64,000 nucleotides of DNA. Origin: Massalongia carnosa (lineage: Eukaryota). The translations under genes and the position numbers were made by a program. Below, one piece after another: positions 47,769 through 58,182 of the stretch; position 1 is the stretch's first letter; each line of letters opens with the position of its first letter. The notes under the pieces are model-generated. The model was not told the origin of the DNA. It worked only from the letters and a program-made list of their open reading frames with translations, and did no database searches. The DNA lies in the NCBI GenBank assembly GCA_965645245.1, contig OZ287070.1, forward strand, positions 744,001 through 808,000, read 5' to 3'.

Positions 47769-48377
47769 TGCCTTCGACCATCGAGCTTAGCGAGCTCTTT
47801 TGGTGTCCGAGGACTTCGGTGCCTTCGACCATCGAGCTTAGCGGGCTCTTTGGTATCCGAGGACTTGAGCGCCTTCGACCATCGAGCTTAGCAAGCTCTT
47901 TGGTGTCCGAGGACTTGGGTGCCTTCGACCATCGAGCGTAGCAAGCTCTTTGGTGTCCGAGGACTTGGATGCCTTCGACCATCGAGCGTAGCAAGCTCTT
48001 CTGGTGTCCGAGGACTTGGGTGCCTTCGACCATCGAGCGTAGCAAGCTCTTCTGGTGTCCGAGGACTTGAGTGCCTTCGACCATCGAGCGTAGCAAGCTC
48101 TTCTGGTGTCCGAGGACTTGGGTGCCTTCGACCATCGAGCTTAGCAAGCTCTTTTGGTGTCCGAGGACTTGAGTGCCTTCGACCATCGAGCATAGCAAGC
48201 TCTTTTGGTGTCCGAGGACTTGAGTGCCTTCGACCAGCGAGCTTAGCAAGCTCTTTGGTGTCCGAGGACTTAAGTGCCTTCGACCAGCGAGCATAGCAAG
48301 CTCTTCTGGTGTCCGAGGACTTGGGTGCCTTCGACCATCGAGCTTAGCAAGCTCTTTGGTGTCCGAGGACTTCGGTG
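47769..48377. repeat. Tandem array, about 12 copies of a 50-51-bp unit, in the Copia leader
   Basis: Unit GTGCCTTCGACCATCGAGC(T/G)TAGCAAGCTCTT(C/T)TGGTGTCCGAGGACTTG(G/A); a degenerate extra copy lies at about 47622-47666. Confidence 0.95.
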
Positions 48378-48611
48378 TAGTACGATCAATGTGTTCATGC
48401 TTTCTAACACGCAGTTTTTGTGCTTCTGACAAGAAATCGCTGTGTACAGAAGAGAGAACTGATTGATGTGATTTAAGGGATCGTTTCTAAAGACACAGAA
48501 AGATTTTAGTCATGTGTCTACGATTCATTGAATAGGAACGATGCTTAGCTGATTGCACTGCGAAGCTGCGGATTAAAAGTTTCGATTCGTTTAAATCGAT
48601 AGCACCCTTCC

Positions 48612-48623
48612 GGGCTCATAACC
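48612..48623 (-). other. Primer-binding site GGTTATGAGCCC (half-tRNA iMet type)
   Basis: Immediately follows the 5' LTR on the minus strand. It matches the initiator tRNA-Met anticodon-arm PBS type used by yeast Ty5 and Drosophila copia. Confidence 0.8.
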
Positions 48624-48897
48624 TGTTGAAATAGGTGTATGACTATGGCTATATGGCTATGTAATAATAAAGGTATGTATGACCGTGATGTTAAGGATGA
48701 AGAGTTGCTAGGCAGCAATCTTTTCCTATTACTGGTCACCCCCTTCTAAGCGAGGTGATCTTATCTTATCTTGGGACTAAGCCTAATGCGGCATCTACGG
48801 TTTCCGTAGATGATCTGTCCATCTAGGGCAGCCGTAGGTGCTATGTTCATCGTACTGATAGGTGTTCATTGTGCTGGTAGGAATTGGATATTCAACA
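48624..48897 (-). repeat. 5' LTR of Copia element
   Basis: Direct repeat of 43683-43956. Confidence 0.95.
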
Positions 48898-49977
48898 ATA
48901 TCATACCCCCATTTTCGTTTGATGTCAACAATCTTTATTTTCAAATCATTTCCTTGCCAATTTCATTATGTTTTTCGCCTGTTTGCTCAAATCTTTACCC
49001 TTCTGGTATTTTCTCTAGCTTTAGAGGTAGGTTAGAGAAATAAAATAGCGAATAAAGGAGTTACAGAGGCGGACAGGCAGATAAGCAGAGAGTTAGAAAG
49101 ATAGGTTGAGCACCAAAGAAAACATGTGAAAACAACACGAACAATACAAAAGAACTTCGGCAGATTCAGCAACAGAATTATATTACGAGTAGGTGACAAG
49201 GGAAGTATGAATGTAAGAAATCAAGTAAATTACTCGGAAGATGATCAAAGCTCTTCAGAGAAAACCTTTACGACGGTAAACAGGTGTAGGTAGCCTGCGT
49301 GGCACCGTCATCAGCAGGCGACAAATGAGCGGCCAGTTCAACTCTTCACAAGGAAACCCTAAGCACACGAGCCCGCCGTAACTCACCCCTTAACGGAACA
49401 GCTATTTTCCCCGCATATCTCACAAATTTTCAAAAATCCATTATGTCATAATTATATAATCAATTTACATGAAATAAAATAAAATATTCACAAGAATATC
49501 GAGTACCGGGATAAATCTTTTTTTGAATTAATCGAAACTTAAAATCATCGCGGTTTACATAAATTCAATATAATACATAAAAAATACGTAAAAATACATC
49601 AAGTCTCGAAACTACGTGACACATCATGTTTGTAACGGTCCGTACGAAGTACACAGGACCTACTGCGAACATAGCACGAACCACTAGTTATAGTAGAATA
49701 GAGCTTAGTCTGCGGACTAAGTATTGAAGTCCAGGCCAGGTGGCGCAATGGTAGAAATATATTCATATCTCGCTTCGTCACAATGTTAAATTTAGTAATT
49801 CTTCTTTGAAGATTAATTGGAACATTTTATGGCCCATAGGTGTGACCCCCTTTTCTGGACTCATAACTAGCTACCTAGTTTCCAGTTCGTAGAAAGGTAC
49901 TCGTAACTACGGCAGCATACTTAGAAGTCACAAAGTAATCAAAAGTAATTTCATGGTAAGTTATACGTTGATTGATA

Positions 49978-52165
49978 CGGGATTTCCCGGTGAAACGCCG
50001 AACCCGGTGAGAACGCCGAAATTTCTAAATTTCGGCACTTTGCTATTTTTTGCTACGATGCGACAACCACCACGATTGATACACTGCAGCTTTGGTAATT
50101 GTACATAGAAGGTGTCCAATTTGATGTATAGAAGAAAAATTCTATTCGCCAAAATGATTTGGCTTTCGCACCTCTCTCCCCCTAGATGTACGAGAAATTA
50201 TCATTTCCACTCCACCAACCACCTCGACATCATCACTTTGCTCCTGGGACTGCTTTCGACACTTTGGCACCTGCTTTGGCCCTGTAGATGTCGATTTCAA
50301 CCTCATCGATAATTCAGAAGGCTTAGTACTTGCGGTTTTCAATTCGTTTTGGGCCTGCTTTTCGACCGCTTTAGACTGCCTCGCCTCCTCGATCAATCGT
50401 TTTTTTTCTATAGCAACTAGGGCCCGTTCTTGCTTTTCTTTTTCCTTCAGCGACTTGTTAAAAACTAATTTTGCCCGTTTTTCAGCGAGATCCTGTTGCC
50501 GTCGTGTCTTTTCGTCATCTTTTGAAGCCTGATAGGCTCTGGCCGCTGCCACCCTACCCGGACTGAAAAATTGAGGCCCAGAATCTTCTTCACCTAGCAA
50601 ATTCAGGCGTTTACCACGTTTTCGTCGTTTCTTTTCCTCTTTAAGTGCCTCGCATAGGCCCCTAATTACGTGTTGATCAATAGAACGATTAGCTGCGAGA
50701 CGCTCATTTGCAGCAAATATCTTGGACAACAAAACTCTATTTGGCTCTTTTACGTAGGCTTTTTGTATGCGACGAACCGCCCGTCCCGTCATAGGTGTCT
50801 TGGGTGCTTGTGTGACGTTAGGTATCTCCTCTGGTGAAGGCGATTTGGTGATTTTATCTAGTAGGATGTTTGGATTGTACGGCCATATGCCTGTCTTCTC
50901 AAACCCAGAGTTTATGTTCTTTTCATTGAAGGCCTTCTGCCAGGCAGGCCAAAAAACACCCCAGAAGACTCTTTTTGATATGTTCACTGTGCCCAATGAG
51001 TTAAACATCATATCATTGAGGCCATTCGTATAATACCGGGCCAGGGGGGCAAACAATGAAACATTTAGGGGTTGCAACCGGTGCGTAGTATGCGATGGTA
51101 GAATCATCAATAGAATTCGTAGTTCATCGCATTTATTGATGAATTTCATATTGACGTGGCTAGAATGACCATCCACCACCAGCAACCGCCTTCTATGCCC
51201 CATTTGCTTCGTACATCGTTCAAAAACACGCTCAAGCCAGTTCAGACCAAGCAGGTCACAACTCCATCCATTGGAGGAGACCGCGAAGAAAGCTTGCTGA
51301 TCTACACTCCAATCTTCCAACCATGTATCCTGAAGTGTCTTTGAATCGCCTCTATAGATCAGCGCGGGTGGTAAAGCGGTACCGTTTGCGCATATGCAAG
51401 CCAGTAGACTGATGAATTCACGACTTCCATCTTGACTCGCATGGGTTATGCGCCCCGATTCTAGAGCTTCAAGAGTCATTATTCGCTTTACGGCAGAGGC
51501 CATGCCAATTAAAAAGCCCTTTTCGTCCCAATTATAGACGTTATCTGCTGTGATGTTATATTTTTCGATGCCCGCGATCAACTAGAAGAAATGTTGACTA
51601 TTAGGCACAAATGCGACGCAATTAGGGGCAGTTATATTGTCAAAACTACGGACCTGATCATAGAATTGTTTGAATGTAGGTGCATACTCAGACTTTATGC
51701 GTAGACTGTCCATGTTGCGTAAATATAGACTTTTAAGTCTATCTTGATTTCGCTTAGTGAATTCTCCCGCCCAGTTCCTACCTACTGACGACTGGATCAT
51801 TTCTTCTGCCAAATTGCGCACAATTGTAGGGGTAGGAGGTATTCCTCTGTCGGTTAATCGATTGATTTGTGAGATTAGAGCCTCTTCTTGGACCGTTGTG
51901 AGGCGTTGCTTATGTGTGGATGAAGCCTCCCGTCGGGAGACCGATTGGCCTTTCCATCGCCGCCGAAGAGTACTTTCGACTAGGCCAAATTTCTTAGCAG
52001 TTGCAAGTATATTTGGTCGCTCTTGCGATTCTAAATTAGCAATTGCTTGGTCAATTGGCGCGGTGGTGGTAGTGTTATTCATGGTTGAAGAGGGTAAGGT
52101 GGTGCGGAGTAATTTTCTAAAATTCGGCGTTGTCACCGGGTTCGGCGTTTCACCGGGAAATCCCG
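49978..52165 (-). mobile_element. Fot1/pogo-type Tc1-mariner DNA transposon, full length (2188 bp)
   Basis: TA|CGGGATTTCCCGGTGAAACGCCGAACCCGGTGAGAACGCCGAA ... TTCGGCGTTGTCACCGGGTTCGGCGTTTCACCGGGAAATCCCG|TA (~43-bp TIR, 1 mismatch, TA TSD). Confidence 0.96.
50142..52082 (-). CDS. Fot1/pogo transposase (HTH + CENP-B-like HTH + DDE_1), 2 exons, ~622 aa
   Basis: Exon 52082-51654, intron 51653-51582 (GTCCGT...CTAAT...TTCTAG), exon 51581-50142, in frame. Motifs VYNWDEKGF, LLVVDGHSSH and THRLQPLNV. Confidence 0.9.
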
Positions 52166-53209
52166 TAGAACAAGTGGTTGAAAAGCTGAAGTCACCGCCT
52201 AACTCACATGCTCCAGATCCAATATACAGCCCCTGACTAAAAAGAAATCATACAGTCATGCAAAACCACTCCAATCGTCTTCCTTCCGTACATCTCAGAC
52301 CTTCTACTTCCATTCAAGATTTAAGGCTCAACCTGAATTGAGAGAAAACCTTAACATCGACACCTTTAAGTAATAGAATTGTTGTGCACACTCATACATC
52401 GTCTGATTGACGCGATTCTTGCTGTTGGCACGGATGGGAATACACCGTTTGCTCCCGATTAGCGAGAAAAAACACTTCAATGAAAATATGACTATCAGCC
52501 TGAGCAGTAGCTTTGGATGACTGAAAGAAAACGGTGCTCAAGCACCTCTTATTTTACTTATTTGGCCTTGCCTCCTTCCAGCTCCAAAGCAGAGTTTTAG
52601 GGTTTCAGTGTTATCAATGATACCACTAGAGAAGAGAATGAAATGTGCGTTAAAAAAACACCTGTCCTGTTGCTCACGCTCAGTGGCTCGAATGTCGAAA
52701 CAGTTACAAAAAGCACATCTTATGTACCTGCTCCCTGCTATCCATTTTCGGCAGCTTTGCAACTTGAAGAAGTATTCTATGGAGACGACAGAGAAAATAT
52801 GCGAATTTGATTGCATAGGCCGCTAAGCAAACAATATGGGACCAAATTTGAATAATGAACAAGATCGGACATTTTTTCAGGACAACAAAAATGAGGTGAG
52901 CTACCTAATGAAATGACTGGCTTTGCACTCCCCGAATCCATCTCTATCTTGCGTTGCCTCCTCCAGGTATCAAAAGGGGGGAAGCGCAAAGCGGAATCGT
53001 GATCACGCTCAGAATGACAAAGTCACCAAGGCTACCATGAATCACGGATTTTGAAACAATAAGCTGAAATATGGAAGGCATGATGCAGTGATGGATAGCA
53101 ATATATGAAAATATTTTGACAAGTTCTCTTCACGTATGCTTCCAAAAGAGCCGTAAAGGCAAGTAGAGTTAACTTTCCAACATCCAGTCGCCGGAGGTAT
53201 TGATAGCGT

Positions 53210-54759
53210 TCAAGACCTTATCTTTAACAGTCGTCGTATTATTTCCGATTTCAACACTAGCAGATCTTCTTTAGTACGCCCCACCGCATCTCTGTTTTCC
53301 TCTGCTCTTCTGACCAGATATTTCATGCATTCACCTACTGAGCCCCAAGGCAAGTATTTATACGCTTTGATATCCTGAGTTGCAGGTGTTTGAGATATAC
53401 CTGAGCGTTTTGATATTGCTCCGGTCATGATTAGCTCACAGCCGACCTCGTCTGCCATACCCAATAATTGCCCGTATGCCATCTCAATCTGTGGGTGCCC
53501 TGTATCTGCTTGTTCTTTCTGAATGCTTAAGGCTTTTCTAACGGATTCATGATTGTGAGTTGCTAACACTAGGTTTATCTTCGGGAATTCCACAATCTCT
53601 GCGCTGTGGGAAGGCTGTAGCGTCTTATGGTATTTCTTTTGGATTAACTCCTCTGCGATGCTATCAAAGGTTCTATCGGTATCCTCTTTGGTCGCCCAGA
53701 AAACATGGCGAGGATCGCTACCCATGTAGGCTCCTCGTACTAGTTTAATACCTAACACAAAGCCCTCATCCCGCGCAGTTGAGAGGTGCTGAGAAAGGGT
53801 TGTCGCACACGACTGAAGATAAGATTGATACGTGCCATATATGAGGGCCCTGCCTTTTAAGTCACGGTTGTATTTCATTTGATAGCGAAGCGTCCAGATG
53901 TCAATACTTGACTGAAGATGATACTGCTCTGAATCGACGAGTAGCCGCACACCTTTTTCCTTAGCAAGCTCGCATATTTCTAGCATAGCAGCTTCTAAAT
54001 TATCATTTGGCGGCAAGCCTTTAGCAAGATGATTTACAATCTGACGTCCAGCGCCACTAAACCTAAGTGGAGATTTTAGCAGATATAGCCAGGGTAACAT
54101 GGCAATCAAGGCAACCTAGGGTACCCTTACTTTAAGGCAACAAAATCTCCTTCGTCGACCAAACCTATAGTCTTAAGATTGCCCTGCTTCCATTTTTCCA
54201 AGCCCAGTTGGGCACTCGGACTGAGGTTCTTGCATTCCCCGTCATCCTTTTTTCTACGGTCCTGCCCAACCTCTTTTCCGTACACAAGGATTACCCCTGT
54301 ATATCCTAAACCTTTTAGCCCTGATAATGTGGCTCTCACTTCCTTGGTTGTTTCTCCGGCGCAGAAATGTGCATAGAGTGTTTTCTTAAGTATATATCGG
54401 AGAGCATGGTTCCTGTCGGGACTCAAAATGACACTTTGAGAGTTTGCCAGGATGGAGAGAAGTCGAAGAGAGGATGAGAGCAAAAGCGAGGAAGATGATA
54501 GGGCTGAGACCAAGTATGATCGGAGAAGAACAGCAAAAGGGAGCAGAGAAAGAGGCGACGGCAATGGCACCGTGGACGATGAGTTTGAGTTAAGAGACTG
54601 ATGGGAGGCATGCTTGGTTGCAAGGGCAGCTGTAGTGGGACCTCGACGGGTAGGAAAAGTATGTATATTGTGGAACCTCATTCTAGAATTGAAACAATTG
54701 AAACGTCTCAGAACATGGCGGAGTTGCACCGAGCAGAATGAAGGAACTAACAGTGACAT
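53210..54759 (-). CDS. PUT1: Mitochondrial proline dehydrogenase (proline oxidase), 2 exons
   Basis: Arg/Ser-rich targeting sequence, LKKTLYAHFCAGE, ALK|FSGAG across an intron near 54064-54129, LLVDSEQ, YGTYQSY, GIKLVRGAY, VLATHNHES, GQLLGMADE and YKYLPWG...YLVRRAEEN. Confidence 0.95.
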
Positions 54760-56464
54760 CGTGCTTTGTAGGCACTAAAGTTCAGAGCTGTTGACTGATT
54801 GCTAGATCTGGTACAAAGAGACGCAAAGAAGGAATGATGTCAACTTGCGCCGACAGCATGCCAAAGGGTCTGGTGACCGCATGCTTGTCCTGATCGCGTG
54901 AGCAAGGAGGCTCTTACTTATCATCGCACAGCCTTGATAAAAAAGGATATGATCAGCTATTGGGATACCCGAATTCGCCGCATCTAGCCGATGAGAAAAA
55001 ACTCGGAACTTCCTTGACCGAACCGGGCACGTGTTGGTTATGCCGGTGTTTACCTAATGAGTTGGGCTCTACGAGCTGTCTAAGCCTCTCCAGGTTAGCC
55101 TATTTCTCTAAGCTCCTTCGGATTAGCGTTCTCGCTGACTAACGTAGCTACGATAGAACGTCTGAGCGCAAAACTCAATATTACGGTCGATATTCGTAAT
55201 AAACCGTGTATTATTGCGATTTTTCGATATTTTGACGTCTTGCTTTTTTTTTTTGACACGGGCTATTTCTTCGAAAGAATCAAGTAGAGTTTGCATAGAA
55301 AGTTTCCTGAAATTTCTATTCGTTGTAAATTTCCAGTGGGGGCAATCTGATTGCACTTCGCATAGAAATCGAGAATCGACTAAACGACAATAACAAGATG
55401 TATGTAAAATTGCTCTGCACGTTATAGACATAAATAAACTTTGAAATTTATAACAAAAAAATCAAGAATACATTGATCATGATCATAACAAGCGACGACG
55501 ACGTTACAAACATGAAAAGAATGAAGTTGTCACGTTGTTCTATGAGGTCGAAATCGTTCTCGTCGTGATCGTTAAGCCATATCTGCTATTCTGTTAACCC
55601 AAAGGGGCTTAGCCGGGCACGTCAGAGGTACTGAGGCAACTAACATCGGGCGGACGAGCACCGGGCACCGAGCATACTCTTGTGGAGGATTGAGGTTATT
55701 CCCTCTCAACTGCGAGTCCCGCTCCAAGCCAAGCTTTAATTTTTGCTTTGGCTGTTAAAATATTTATTCTCGTGAATTTCCGTTGTCATCTTTCTCAGAT
55801 ACCCATGTCTGTGACTTGTTGTCTGGAGACCATGGATAAGGCGGTGTCCCCCTTGATGCATACGTGTTCCTTTATTCTATCTACATCTAAATGAAATATC
55901 TAGAGACATTGGTTTGTTGAAAAAATAGCTATATTATGCGGTGTTTCTTTTCTCTCAATTTCGTCGAGTTTTTTTCTAATAAGACAGCTGGAAATGTTTC
56001 TTTCAGGAAGGCTGTCTGATCAAGATGCGGAAAGAGCTACAAAGAGAGCTTTTGTAATAAAGCATCAATAGGAAGACTACTCCCAGCCCCTTCTGCGAAT
56101 TTTATCCAAGAAAAGAACTGCATCTGGAGTGGAATAAAGACTTTCCTATCAGCCTTTCGACTTTCTTATAAAAATCTTCGTCGAGAACCACAGCCAATCG
56201 TGTGAGCGCAAGCCCCTGTATAAAGAACTCGCAATAATTGGACAAATGCGGGTTTCCATCGTAAAAGAACAAAGCCATCAATCGCACCCTCGCGGCTTCA
56301 TTTTCCAAATGAAAAGGGGCAGCAGGTGTTGGGACCCCCGCCTCCGAAAAAAAAGGAAGTTTTCTCCATCTCTGCTACACACAATACATAACATTTTTCA
56401 CTGTCATCCCCCCGTCCTTACCCTCACCATATCTATACCTACAAAAGAAAGAGTCCGACGCATC

Positions 56465-56692
56465 ATGGTGATGATCACGCGCGCAGCGCAAGCTCGCCTG
56501 CACGCAGATCCCGAATCTATCCCTTATCCAACTCGTCCACCTTTGCCTCGCCGGCCAAAACCAGTCAAGGAACCAAAATTTCTGAAATACCCATACTATG
56601 GCCATACGCCGCCCCCGGAGCGGAAGCCGCGGAAGCGCAAGGCCGGAGGACATGGCTGGTCGCATAAGAAGAAGGGCAGGAAGAGCAAGTAA
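56465..56692 (+). CDS. Possible small basic Pro/Lys/Arg-rich protein (75 aa)
   Basis: MVMITRAAQARLHADP...ERKPRKRKAGGHGWSHKKKGRKSK followed by TAA TAA; good start context (ATCATGG); no recognisable domain. Confidence 0.4.
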   Translation: MVMITRAAQARLHADPESIPYPTRPPLPRRPKPVKEPKFLKYPYYGHTPPPERKPRKRKAGGHGWSHKKKGRKSK

Positions 56693-58182
56693 TAAGGACT
56701 ACCTAACTACTCCAATTCCTTCCTGCTCAACCGCCGTTTCCGCTTCAGTCCTATAGATTCAAGACTGCCCTAACGGCTCAGCACAGCCACTAAGATAACG
56801 ACCGGGAGTGGCTACATCCTGATTCGGCATTCGATTGACTTGCTGATCGAGGATAACGCTCTCCGGATTTCGAGGAGAGATCTTGAGCCGGGAGGATGAT
56901 ACTGGGTGATGCTTGGCAGCGGGTTCTACTCCATTCTTCACCTCGATACGAGTAGAGTTCTTTCCGCAAGGATTTTGGTGGTCGATCGGTAAGGTTATTG
57001 TTTAGTTAGGGGTCAGGCTTTTTCTTTCCTCAGGGGGGGCCGGTTTGTCAACAAAAGGAGTTCCTACCGTGAGTTTCATATAGGTGTTTCATCCAGATTG
57101 CATTTCTCTTTGAGCTGCACAAAACTTGTTTCTTTGCGTCGTTGCTGCATTAACTGCCGTTTTTCTCCCCTGTCGAATCTCTGCACTCCTTCAAGATCTG
57201 TATTCATCTTCCACCCTCCACCCCTAAGCCACTCCACCCAAACGACCGAGTCCACAGTGCTTAACTCTTCCCATGAAAAAAGCAGCTCCCTCCTCCTTTT
57301 ATTTCTCCGTTAACCCAAGCCCCCACTTAAATACGTCCAAGTACCCGTTTACATTTCTCGTACCCGTTTCTCTCCCAGTCATCGACGCAAGGCTTGGTAT
57401 CTTATTCACCACCACCACGACCAAAAATAACTAACTAGCTAGCCCCATCGTCCGAATATCCCCTACTCCAATGTATACTATCCTCTTTCTTTCCAACACC
57501 ACGGAAGCACCCTAATAAGAATCATGTAGCGAATTATTCTCCATCTATCATCTATCCCTACATGCAGCGTCTTAAGTCCCCCAGCTTTCCAAAATCTCTT
57601 TTCAGAACAAGCTTGTCCATGTCATCTTCTCTACATCAAATCAAAGATCAACCTCGAGGCGCAAAACTCTCCATCCATTTCCGCCCCATAACCCCCCACA
57701 AAAAAAATCAATAGCAAATTCTCATTTCATGTTCTCATGGTGCTCGGATGCCCATGATGTATTATCGAGCAGAAAGGGAATAGCATGTACACGTGAGTAT
57801 TAGACTTCCCATTTGTTCTTCGCTTCTCATGCTAACCACTACCTATGGACATGAGAGGGAAGAGAAAGGCGCCGAAAGGACTGGTTACTCAAGCGCTCCG
57901 CCTTTCCGTCCCAGATCTATTAAAAGTATAATAAAACAGATTACAGCCGACTCCAAATCCTTTTTTTGGTGGTTTATATGCGTATCTTCCCCCCAAATCC
58001 TCAATGATGTAGTGCAGTGTCCAGTGCTAACGGTAGCTAGTAAAAGGCATGTACAGTGGGAGGCTATCGTGTATCATCAACTCGTAAAATCCATATCTTT
58101 GCCCCCTTATCATGTTCGAGTCTTGGAGAAGCCACTGATATATAACGCGCCCGTTGGCGCATTTTGTTTGGATATTAGAGAC

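Larger units (their letters stand above)
43683..48897 (-). mobile_element. Ty1/Copia LTR retrotransposon, defective, with 5-bp TSD
   Basis: 274-bp TG...CA LTRs; TSD ATATC at 43678-43682 and 48898-48902; domain order gag-IN-RT-RNaseH on the minus strand. Confidence 0.96.

Noticed and set aside
47769..48377. CRISPR-like look of the regular palindromic repeat array
   Set aside because: Units are head to tail with no unique spacers, there are no cas genes, the context is eukaryotic, and the array lies inside an LTR element.
47644..48466. Repetitive ORFs (262, 125, 101, 80 aa) on both strands
   Set aside because: They are by-products of the 51-bp repeat; frames shift at the 50-bp units.
55130..55580. 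AT-rich stretch resembling a mutated transposon relic (similar patches at 6200-6340 and 49430-49620)
   Set aside because: No termini, TSD or coding remnant that I could verify.
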